Source: Kiritimatiellia bacterium | GTDB lineage: Bacteria; Verrucomicrobiota; Kiritimatiellia; PWTM01 | Direction: 5' to 3' | Length of the DNA: 64,000 nucleotides | NCBI GenBank assembly: GCA_026417735.1 | Contig: JAOACR010000009.1 | Span: 139,641 to 203,640 of the forward strand | Part shown: positions 27,173 to 35,175 of the stretch, piece after piece | Layout: each line of letters starts with the position of its first letter | How positions within the stretch are numbered: the first letter of the stretch is position 1 | Notes under the pieces: generated by a model | Database searches by the model: none | Seen by the model: only the letters and a program-made list of their open reading frames with translations | Told to the model about the DNA's origin: nothing | Translations under genes and position numbers: made by a program

Positions 27173-28192
27173 ATGGCCACGCCTCTGCGGGCAATGGTGA
27201 TCGCCGCGCTGGCGCTCGGCGGCTCACCCACGCCAGGAGGGGCGGACGACGCCCGCGAGGCGTTCCGCCGCGAGTTCCTCACGTGGCGGTTCGGGATGTT
27301 CATCCACTTCGACATCGCGACGTTCAATGAGCGCGAATGGTCGAACGGCTATGAGGATCCCACGAGCTTTGCGCCGACGAATCTCGACTGCGGGCAGTGG
27401 GCGGACGCGGCCCGGACGGCCGGCATGCGGTATGCGGTACTGACGGTGAAGCACACCGGCGGGTGGTGTCTCTGGCCGACCGCGCTCACGCGCAGTCACG
27501 GCGCAACGGCGCTCCGCAACTTTCGCGACGGCCGCGGCGACCTCGTCCGCGAGTTCGTAGAGGCGTTCCGAGCCCGTGGTTTGAAGGTCGGCTTCTACTA
27601 TTGTTTCCCCGGCAACTACACCGGTCGCTGCGGGAACCCCCCACTGGCGGCGGGCCAGAGGGATCTCTGCGGGCTGCCTCCCGAGGCCGCGGGCGACTTC
27701 CTAGGCTTCATCCGCGCTCAACTGACCGAGCTGCTCACCGGCTACGGCCCCGTGGATCTGCTGTGGATTGACCAGTACCGAAACCGCTACACCGGCGCGC
27801 AGTGGCCTGAGCTGTTGGCGCACATTCGCCGTTTGCAACCGGGGTGCGTGGTGGTGGCGAACAACGCGCGCAACTTCGCCGACAGCGACATCCACAGCTA
27901 CGAGTATCCCTGGGCCCGGCACGCGGATCCGGCGCACGCGCTTCCGCCGCCGACCAACACGGCCGCGGCGGAGGTGTCGGACAAGCTTGGCCCCGGCTGG
28001 TTCTGGAGTTCGCGGGAGACCGCGCAGACGATTCAGACGCCGGAGCAGGTGGTGGAGATGGTGCGCCTTTGCAATTCCCGCCGAGCGAACTACCTGCTGA
28101 ATGTTGCGCCCGATCGCACCGGTCGGATCCCGGAGTACTCCGTGCAGTGTTTGCGACGCATCGGAGAGCTGTTGCGGGATTCCCCGCGCTGA
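27173..28192 (+). CDS. alpha-L-fucosidase (GH29-like), secreted
   Basis: The ATG at 27173 gives the signal MATPLRAMVIAALALGG. FGMFIHFDIATFN and YAVLTVKHTGGWCLWPT resemble GH29 core motifs. Confidence 0.8.
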   Translation: MATPLRAMVIAALALGGSPTPGGADDAREAFRREFLTWRFGMFIHFDIATFNEREWSNGYEDPTSFAPTNLDCGQWADAARTAGMRYAVLTVKHTGGWCLWPTALTRSHGATALRNFRDGRGDLVREFVEAFRARGLKVGFYYCFPGNYTGRCGNPPLAAGQRDLCGLPPEAAGDFLGFIRAQLTELLTGYGPVDLLWIDQYRNRYTGAQWPELLAHIRRLQPGCVVVANNARNFADSDIHSYEYPWARHADPAHALPPPTNTAAAEVSDKLGPGWFWSSRETAQTIQTPEQVVEMVRLCNSRRANYLLNVAPDRTGRIPEYSVQCLRRIGELLRDSPR

Positions 28193-28299
28193 TTGGCGGC
28201 CTCGCACGCAGTTGACTTCCCCGGTTTGCTCTGCGAGATTGGACGCCTGTTCGGGCGGCGGGTGCGCGGTTGCGGCCCGTCGCCCGGGTGCGCCGGCGT

Positions 28300-28375
<76 letters not shown>

Positions 28376-28416
28376 CCGCCCACCCGCTCGACTAGCGTCC
28401 CCACAGGGAGGTCACT

Positions 28417-29289
28417 ATGGATCGGTTGCGAACCGCAGGCGCAATCCTTGCCGTTGTCCACCGGATCGCCGCGGGGGCGGGGGAGCCGTTGGTGGTGCAT
28501 CTGTGGCCTGACCGGCCACCGGGCATGACCGGCGCGCCACCGGTCGAAACGGAACAGCCGGCGAAACAGGACGGCATTCGCCGGATCACGAACATCTATC
28601 CGCCGCGCATCGAGATGTACCGGGCCGAGCACCCCACCGGCGCCGCTATTCTGGTCTGCCCGGGCGGCGGATACAATATCCTGGCCATCTCGCACGAGGG
28701 CACCGACGTGGCCCGGTGGTTGAACAGCCTTGGTATTACCGCCGCGCTGCTCTACTACCGCGTGCCGAACCAGCGCGACGGCGCGTTCCAGGACGCCCAG
28801 CGCGCCCTCAGCCTGCTGCGTGCCCGAGCAGTGGAATGGGGTCTGCAGACCAATCGCCTCGGGGTGCTCGGCTTCTCCGCCGGCGGACATCTCGCCGCAA
28901 AGCTGGCGAGCCACGCCGGGCCACGCACCTACGAGCGCGTGGACGATGCCGACGACCTCTCGTGCCGCCCCGACCTCGCCGTGTTGGTGTACCCGGCCTA
29001 TCTGCTGGCCACCAACACCGCCGGCACTGCGGAGCTCGCTTTGCCCGCCGGCGCACACTGCCCCCCGGCCTTTCTTGTCCACGCCGCGGACGATCACATT
29101 TCTGCGGAGAATAGCGTCGCCTGGTTCCTGGCGCTGCGCCGGGCCGGCGTGCCGGCCGAGCTGCACGTTTACGCGAAGGGCGGCCACGGCTTCGGCATGA
29201 AGCGCGACCCGCCCGCGCCGGTGCGTACCTGGCCGGACCGCTGCGCCGACTGGCTGCGCGAACAGGGTTGGGCGCGAGACGGCGAGTGA
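28417..29289 (+). CDS. alpha/beta hydrolase (esterase/lipase-like), secreted
   Basis: GFSAGGHLAA nucleophile elbow (GxSxG). HAADD and GGHGFG motifs. N-terminal signal-like segment. Confidence 0.8.
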   Translation: MDRLRTAGAILAVVHRIAAGAGEPLVVHLWPDRPPGMTGAPPVETEQPAKQDGIRRITNIYPPRIEMYRAEHPTGAAILVCPGGGYNILAISHEGTDVARWLNSLGITAALLYYRVPNQRDGAFQDAQRALSLLRARAVEWGLQTNRLGVLGFSAGGHLAAKLASHAGPRTYERVDDADDLSCRPDLAVLVYPAYLLATNTAGTAELALPAGAHCPPAFLVHAADDHISAENSVAWFLALRRAGVPAELHVYAKGGHGFGMKRDPPAPVRTWPDRCADWLREQGWARDGE

Positions 29290-29353
29290 TGATCTGGACG
29301 CCACATCTCCGGGCGGTGCGCCTCGGCGCTGGGCCGGAAGCGCCGTGTGCGCG

Positions 29354-30496
29354 ATGACACCCCGGCAACGGTTGCTGACCACGTTGCGCGGTGAACGTGC
29401 GGACCGCGTGCCGGTGTCCCCCTTCGTGCAGGAGGAGTATCTCTCGTGGTACTGGCCCGACCGTCCGACGGTGGACCGCGTCGTGGACGCAACCGAGCTG
29501 GCCGAAGAACTGGACTTCGATCTCATCGCGAAGCCGCGCGCGCTGGAGCCGCCGCATTTCCTCCGTCGAAGCCGGCCGGGCTGGGAGGTGGTGCAGACCG
29601 AATCGGTCGAGGGCGGCCTGCAGGTGCGCCGGCTCGAAATCCGCGCACCGGACCGCACGCTCTGCCGGGAGGACTCGCGCCCGCTTGCGGGCGCCGCGAC
29701 GGCCGGGCTGAGCTGGACGCCACAGCGCCCGCTGCTGGCCGACCGCGATGACATTGAATGGTTCGCCGACCACCGCCCGGCGCTCGATGAAAGCGACCGC
29801 GAGGAGATGCGGCAGGTGATCGCGCAGTGGCGGCGGGTGCTGGGCGAGCGCGGGGTGCTGGCGCCCTGGGGATTCGCGGGCGTGTTCAACGTCGCCGCAG
29901 AACTGATTGGCATGGACCGGCTCTACGTGTTGCCGTATGAAGATGAGTCGCTCTACCGGCGGTTGATGGAGTCGCTCAGCGCGGCCGAATGCGAGTACAA
30001 CGCCGCGCTCGCTGCGGCCGGCGCCGATGCGATCGGGCTGCAGGGTCACATCGCGGGCGGCGCGTCGGTAGGGCCGGAGTTTTTCCGCGATTTCGTTCTG
30101 CCGTACGAGCGGCGGGTGATCGAGGCGATCCACGCGGCCGGCGCGTTCACGGTGTATCACAACTGCGGCTTCGCGCGCTCGCTCTACGAGAACTACCTTG
30201 AGCTCGGGATGACCGTCTGGGAAACGGTGGCGCCGCCCCCCCGGGGTGACAACTCGCTCGCCGAGGCGAAGGCGCGGCTGGGCGAGCGAATCATACTGCT
30301 CGGCAATCTCGACCAGGTCGATTTTCTCAAACGCGCATCGCCGGCGGAGGTCGCCGCGCAGACGCGCGAGATTGTCCGCACCGGCAAACCCGGCGGCCGC
30401 TACATCTTCTCCACCTCCGACTTTCTCGAGCGCGGGACGCCGAGAGAGAACGTCGTCGCGATGATCGAGGCGGCGAAAGCGGAGGGGCGGTACTGA
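29354..30496 (+). CDS. uroporphyrinogen decarboxylase (URO-D) family protein, MtaA/CmuA-like paralog
   Basis: MTPRQRLLTTLRGERADRVPVSPF... and YHNCG..., GNLDQV motifs typical of the URO-D superfamily. It lacks the hemE PVWxMRQAGRY signature, which is present in the true hemE at 35176..36273. Confidence 0.75.
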   Translation: MTPRQRLLTTLRGERADRVPVSPFVQEEYLSWYWPDRPTVDRVVDATELAEELDFDLIAKPRALEPPHFLRRSRPGWEVVQTESVEGGLQVRRLEIRAPDRTLCREDSRPLAGAATAGLSWTPQRPLLADRDDIEWFADHRPALDESDREEMRQVIAQWRRVLGERGVLAPWGFAGVFNVAAELIGMDRLYVLPYEDESLYRRLMESLSAAECEYNAALAAAGADAIGLQGHIAGGASVGPEFFRDFVLPYERRVIEAIHAAGAFTVYHNCGFARSLYENYLELGMTVWETVAPPPRGDNSLAEAKARLGERIILLGNLDQVDFLKRASPAEVAAQTREIVRTGKPGGRYIFSTSDFLERGTPRENVVAMIEAAKAEGRY

Positions 30497-30508
30497 GCCG
30501 CGCGCGAC

Positions 30509-31429
30509 TTATTCGGGGCGCAGCTCCTCGGCCTCCACCGGTGCGGCGGGCCCGGCCGGCGCCGGTAGCGTCGCGGCGAGGTTCTGTAACCACACCACAA
30601 GATCCTGCCGGAGGTCGGGACGCCGGAGCGCAAACAGGATATTCGTGCGGAGGAAGTCCAACCGGTTGCCGATGTCGTAGCGGGCACCGTTGAACCGCAA
30701 CCCGTAGATCGGCTGTTCCTGTGCCATGCGCCGTAACGCGTCGGTGAGCTGAATCTCGTTGTTCTTCCCCGGCGGCGTCCGCTCCAGATGCACGAACACG
30801 TCCGGCGTCAGCACGTATCGGCCCGCAATCGCGAGGTTCGAGGGGGCGCGGTCCGGATCGGGTTTTTCAACCAGATCACCGATCCGAAACAGTCCCGGCT
30901 CGATTTCCTCGCCCGCAATCACCCCGTAGCGGTGGACCTTCGCAATCGGAACCTCTTCGAGCGCAACCACCGAGCGGCCGAACCGTTCGAACAGCCGGAG
31001 CATCTCGCCCATCACCGGCAACTCGGACTCGATGAGCGTGTCGCCGAGCAGCACCGCGAACGGTTCGTCCTCCACGTGGTCGCGCGCGTAGGTGATCGCG
31101 TCGCCCAGCCCCTTCAGCTCGCGTTGCCAGACGAAATGGAGCCGCGCGATGGTGGAGATGCGCCGGATCGCCTCCAGCTCCGCCTCGCGACCCCGCGCCG
31201 CCAGCGCTTCCTCCAGCTCAAAATTGCGGTCGAAGTGCTCCTCGATCGCCCGCTTCCCCTTGCCGATGATCATCAGCACATCGCGCAGACCGGCCGCGGC
31301 CGCCTCCTCGACGACGTACTGGATCACCGGCTTGTCCACGATCGGCAGCATCTCCTTGGGCTGCGACTTCGACGCGGGCAAGAAGCGCGTGCCGAGGCCG
31401 GCGGCGGGGATCACAGCTTTACGAACCAT
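30509..31429 (-). CDS. galU: UTP--glucose-1-phosphate uridylyltransferase
   Basis: MVRKAVIPAAGLGTRFLPASKSQPKEMLPIVDKPVIQYVVEEA is the canonical GalU N-terminus. Confidence 0.92.
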   Translation of the reverse strand: MVRKAVIPAAGLGTRFLPASKSQPKEMLPIVDKPVIQYVVEEAAAAGLRDVLMIIGKGKRAIEEHFDRNFELEEALAARGREAELEAIRRISTIARLHFVWQRELKGLGDAITYARDHVEDEPFAVLLGDTLIESELPVMGEMLRLFERFGRSVVALEEVPIAKVHRYGVIAGEEIEPGLFRIGDLVEKPDPDRAPSNLAIAGRYVLTPDVFVHLERTPPGKNNEIQLTDALRRMAQEQPIYGLRFNGARYDIGNRLDFLRTNILFALRRPDLRQDLVVWLQNLAATLPAPAGPAAPVEAEELRPE

Positions 31430-32465
31430 GCGAGGCCTCCGAGGGCTGGACGTAGCAGGGCCGGATCACACGGCAGCCCAGGCGGGCCAGCTCCTCCTCC
31501 AGCCGCAGGAACATCGCGTCGCCGTCGTACGTGCCGACGATCGCGCCGCCGGATCCGGTGAACTTCGCGCTCGCGCCGACGCTACGCGCGGCCTCGACCA
31601 TCCGGATGTTCCCTCGGCTGATCTTGTAGATCGAGCGGCGGAGGTCAAAGTTCGCGTTCAGCAGCGGGCCGATCTCCGCGCCCCGCCCGGCGAGCAACAG
31701 CTCCCGGACCCGCAGCGCGAGGTCCGCCCAGGTGCGCATCGCCGCATGCACCTGCGGGTCACCCGCCTCCCACCGCGCGCGGATGTTGTTGTGAAACACC
31801 TCGGTGCCTTCCGCGAGGTCGCGCCGGTACGCAATGTACAGCGGCGGCAGCAGCTTCAGGTCGAGCCGCTCGTAGTGGCCATAGCCCTGCCGCTCCATCA
31901 GCTGCCGGTCGAAATCCATGTACACCAGCCCGTCGTACACCTGCGCGACGCGGTCCTGCAGGCCGGCCGGAATGCCGAGTTCAGCGGTCTCGACCGACAG
32001 CACCAGGTTCGCGAACACCGGCAATGCAATCTGAACGCCGTAGAACGCGCACAGCGCGCGCATGCACGCGGTGATGATCGCGCTGGAGCCGGCCAGCCCC
32101 ACTTGCTGCGGGATGTCCGAATGGTACTCCACCGTAAAATTGCGCGGCGGCAGCTCGATCCCTTGCGCCGAGCAATGGTCGTAAAACCGCTTGATCGTTG
32201 CCTTCAGCAGCCGGACTCCGCCGTAGTAGCCATGTCGCCGCACGTCCTCGGCCAGCGCGGAAATCGAGTCGAAGATCGATAGGTCCCGGTCCGCCGGCAG
32301 AATCTGCAGCCGCGGCGACTCGTACAGTGTGACGGTCGCCCGAAAGTTCGAAAAGGTAAACGAAATCGTCCGGCCGAAATAGCCGTCCGAAGGGTTGCCA
32401 ATCAACCCGGCGCGCGGATAGGCATGGGCTTGAATCAACACGCGGTACGAGCTGCCAATGCGCAA
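31419..32465 (-). CDS. GHMP-family sugar kinase (glucuronokinase-like?)
   Basis: GLAGSSAIITA GHMP motif 2. N-terminal GLIGNPSDGYFG. The 3' end overlaps the galU start by 11 nt. The TTG start at 32465 is uncertain; a GTG a few codons in is possible. Confidence 0.75.
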   Translation of the reverse strand: MRIGSSYRVLIQAHAYPRAGLIGNPSDGYFGRTISFTFSNFRATVTLYESPRLQILPADRDLSIFDSISALAEDVRRHGYYGGVRLLKATIKRFYDHCSAQGIELPPRNFTVEYHSDIPQQVGLAGSSAIITACMRALCAFYGVQIALPVFANLVLSVETAELGIPAGLQDRVAQVYDGLVYMDFDRQLMERQGYGHYERLDLKLLPPLYIAYRRDLAEGTEVFHNNIRARWEAGDPQVHAAMRTWADLALRVRELLLAGRGAEIGPLLNANFDLRRSIYKISRGNIRMVEAARSVGASAKFTGSGGAIVGTYDGDAMFLRLEEELARLGCRVIRPCYVQPSEASHGS

Positions 32466-32571
32466 ATGCTACCACCCCGCGCCTCCCTCGCCAATGTCGG
32501 CCGTTCCGCCGCCCGCCCCGAGTACCGGTGCGACTTGCACGCGCCACAGGGCACCGCAAGATCATGCGGCG

Positions 32572-33315
32572 ATGAGCGCGATGCTGCCGCCATCGATCGA
32601 ACCGGAACTGATCGCCCGGTGCCCCACTTTTGCGAGCGGTTCGCTGCGGTGCGTCGTGGAGACCGCCGCACATCCGGGCGCGTTTGCAGACGAGCTGGCC
32701 GCCGCCGTCGCCGACGCGGCAGCGACGCCGCTGGAGGCGATCGCGCAGCACCCGATCATCTCCGCCACGCGGGAGCTCTACCGCCGTTGCGGCAAGGATC
32801 CGAGCCGCTATCGACCCGCCGCCGAGCAGCTCCGGCGCCGCGCAGTCCGCGGCGCGGGGCCACACCCCGTTCACCCGCTCGTGGACATCGTGAACTGGCT
32901 ATCGCTGCGGACCGGTTTTTCGATCAGCGGCGTGGACGCCGCGGCGCTGCGCGGCCAGCTCCGCTGGGGCATTGGTCGCGCCGGAGAACCCTACGAGGCG
33001 ATCGGCCGAGGCCCGCTCAACATTGCCGGGCTCCCGGTGCTGCGAGACGACCTCGGACCATTCGCGTCGCCGACGAGCGATTCGGTCCGCGCACGCATTC
33101 GCGAGGACACACGGGACGTTCTGATCGTTCTTTGCGCGCCCGCCGGCCGCGAGGGCCTTGCCGGAGCGCTCCAGATGGCCCGGGTGGCGCTGGTCACCGT
33201 GCTCGCCGCGCGGCAGATCGAACTACATATCGTCGAGGCGGCGACCGGCGGGTCCGCCACGACCGAGCGAAATTTGGAAAACCATTCCCGATCCGCAACA
33301 GAAAAACTTCAGTAG
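32572..33315 (+). CDS. B3/B4 tRNA-binding-domain-like protein (COG3382-like)
   Basis: ATG at 32572 within ORF 32458..33315. ATRELYRRCGKDPSRYRPAAEQLRRR...HPLVDIVNWLSLRTGFSISGVD resembles the PheT B3/B4-like family. Confidence 0.6.
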   Translation: MSAMLPPSIEPELIARCPTFASGSLRCVVETAAHPGAFADELAAAVADAAATPLEAIAQHPIISATRELYRRCGKDPSRYRPAAEQLRRRAVRGAGPHPVHPLVDIVNWLSLRTGFSISGVDAAALRGQLRWGIGRAGEPYEAIGRGPLNIAGLPVLRDDLGPFASPTSDSVRARIREDTRDVLIVLCAPAGREGLAGALQMARVALVTVLAARQIELHIVEAATGGSATTERNLENHSRSATEKLQ

Positions 33316-33689
33316 CAGCGCTCCCCGGGCAACAGCCGGCCGCCGGGACCCGCGCGCCGATCGCTGCCGACCGTCACGCTACGGGCAGTTGCGTCAAACA
33401 CGCGCGGCGACCATTTCAGCGGCGCGGCGTTCGAGCCTCCGCGGCGAGAGCGGCGGCCACTCGGCTGGCTGCAGGCTCGGATCGGTGCGCGCGCGGCGCG
33501 CCATCGAAGCGATCGCCTTGCCGGCGGCCGCCGACGCCGCACGCGGGTTGCGCGCCCGCCCCCGATTCGCCCGCAGACTCGGGGTGATCCCGTCGCCACA
33601 ACCCCGAAACTCACCTGCATGCGTCCGGCGCCCCAGCGCTCATTCGAACAACACCTCCCACGGCCCATCGCCGTTCCCATCCTCGACGG

Positions 33690-33833
33690 TCAAGCCAGCT
33701 TCGGAAATATTAGAGAGCACCAGCCGTCCAACATGAGGTCTTCGATCTCGCTTCGCAACGCCAAGTTACTGAACCCGATCCTCTGGCATGCTTCATCAAG
33801 GAGTGATTCAATCGCGTTCACATCCCCTTCCAT
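33690..33833 (-). CDS. small acidic hypothetical ORF (47 aa), possibly frameshifted
   Basis: My own translation; the ORF is below the track length cutoff. MEGDVNAIESLLDEACQRIGFSNLALRSEIEDLMLDGWCSLIFPKLA. It lies in the low-GC islet about 75 nt downstream of the preceding ORF. Confidence 0.25.
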   Translation of the reverse strand: MEGDVNAIESLLDEACQRIGFSNLALRSEIEDLMLDGWCSLIFPKLA

Positions 33834-33911
33834 CTCTGGCGTCACGTACTTGTTCGCGATGTCTTAGCTGGCGGCCATGAGGACACGCTTGCCAGTCGGC
33901 GCTGTGATTGT

Positions 33912-34358
33912 TTACCTGAACGTGCGCATGTTAGTTTCTCCCGAATATCCGGCCCTAGATACGGAGATTTTGGCAATGGTCCCGCTGTTCTTTTCCTTCG
34001 CCATAACCATTTTCATCTTCGGCGGGTTTCCGAACAGCTGGAGGTGGCGGGTAACGGCTTCGCGCCCCAGGTGGTCGCCACAGTACTCTTGATACCACTT
34101 GTCGCGGTAAGTCTTACCATAAAACGATCGAACCAACGGCTCACCACGCCTCCGACTGCAAACAAACAGCGGGTCCACGCCGCGCCGATACCACGCCGGA
34201 CCCTCAAAGTGCCGCCACTGGGCCTTTTCGTGGAATACCCGCTTTGGGGCTTTCAGCACGCGATTCATGCCTTCGACACCGTCAACCGCAGGAACATAGA
34301 GCGTGATCACGCGCGTTCTCGAATTATAGGTGTCGAGAGTTGCGCCTGATTTGCGCAT
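33912..34358 (-). CDS. hypothetical protein (148 aa, Trp/Tyr/Arg-rich), low-GC islet gene
   Basis: The ATG at 34358 lies 5 nt after the upstream stop (34364-34366). MRKSGATLDTYNSRTRVITLYVPAVDG...KTYRDKWYQEYCGDHLGREAVTRHLQLFGNPP.... This is the C-terminal part of track ORF 33912..34685. I recognise no family. Confidence 0.5.
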   Translation of the reverse strand: MRKSGATLDTYNSRTRVITLYVPAVDGVEGMNRVLKAPKRVFHEKAQWRHFEGPAWYRRGVDPLFVCSRRRGEPLVRSFYGKTYRDKWYQEYCGDHLGREAVTRHLQLFGNPPKMKMVMAKEKNSGTIAKISVSRAGYSGETNMRTFR

Positions 34359-34363
34359 CACTC

Positions 34364-35092
34364 TTACCGAAACTTTGTCGTCCTCATCTCGTTGAGCACG
34401 TCTTCGGGGAGCAAGGAGAGCATGTTGGTGACATAGCCGGCAACCGCCCGCGACGGATACGGACCGCGGGTGTACGGCGACCGGATCGACGCTCTCATTT
34501 GCGTGGCGGTACTTCCGTGATCCTTTCTGAGATCGCGAAGAACTCCGGCAATTTCCTTGCGCGTCCAGGCATTTCGCTTGTCCAATCCGCGCGCGGAGAT
34601 GGTCGCTTTCCAAGTGTCGCCGCCACCGAGGAGAGGGCGCGCCACCGGCGCGACCGGCGCTGTGATCGGGCCGCCGCCCAGCCATTCAAACGGGCTGCGG
34701 CTGTCATCGAGCTTGATGTCCTTTGCCGTTCGCTCGGACTGCGCCCAGACGGTCGCGCCGTAATGCTCGCGCAGGCTCGCCAGCGGCATCCTCAGGTCTG
34801 CCGGATGCCAACGGTAGGCCTTTGCCGGGTCATCGCCGCGCTCGGTCGCCCGCTCCGCCGGTGTCCGCACGTCCACTGGATGTCCGTCGCCCAGATCGAG
34901 GGTCCGGTTCCGCGGATCGGTCATGCACTGCTCGACCGCCGGCGTGGGCGTCCATCCGCGCGGATCGCCCGGTTTGTACCCTCGCGTCTCCTCGAACTCC
35001 TCCGGGGTGATTGGCACCAGCTGGCAGCGGCAGTTGTACTCCCAGGGCATATCGTGATCCTTCCAGAACGGATGGTCCGCCGGCAGGATCAA
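34364..35092 (-). CDS. hypothetical protein: phage Mu F/SPP1 gp7-like terminal stub (NCRC motif) plus ~200-aa unknown domain
   Basis: N-terminus (M)ILPADHPFWKDHDMPWEYNCRCQLVPIT. Start is TTG at 35092 or ATG at 35050, with an in-frame TGA 5 codons upstream of the TTG. hemE ends 83 nt upstream on the same strand. GC falls toward the 3' end. Confidence 0.55.
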   Translation of the reverse strand: MILPADHPFWKDHDMPWEYNCRCQLVPITPEEFEETRGYKPGDPRGWTPTPAVEQCMTDPRNRTLDLGDGHPVDVRTPAERATERGDDPAKAYRWHPADLRMPLASLREHYGATVWAQSERTAKDIKLDDSRSPFEWLGGGPITAPVAPVARPLLGGGDTWKATISARGLDKRNAWTRKEIAGVLRDLRKDHGSTATQMRASIRSPYTRGPYPSRAVAGYVTNMLSLLPEDVLNEMRTTKFR

Positions 35093-35175
35093 CCCGTTGG
35101 CGCGACCTCATCACTGACGGCGATATGGCAGCACGCGCGGAAATGCAGCCCTGATCTGCGCCTGAGCGGGCCGCC

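Noticed and set aside
33877-34092. 71-aa plus-strand ORF with hydrophobic segments (small membrane toxin-like) inside the low-GC islet. A 101-aa ORF at 34044..34349(+) is similar.
   Set aside because: Both are antisense to the 148-aa minus-strand ORF. Its Lys/Glu/Asn codons automatically generate Phe/Leu-rich antisense frames. The minus-strand ORF is tightly coupled (5 nt) to the upstream gene. The ORFs are kept as a caveat in the findings rather than as features.
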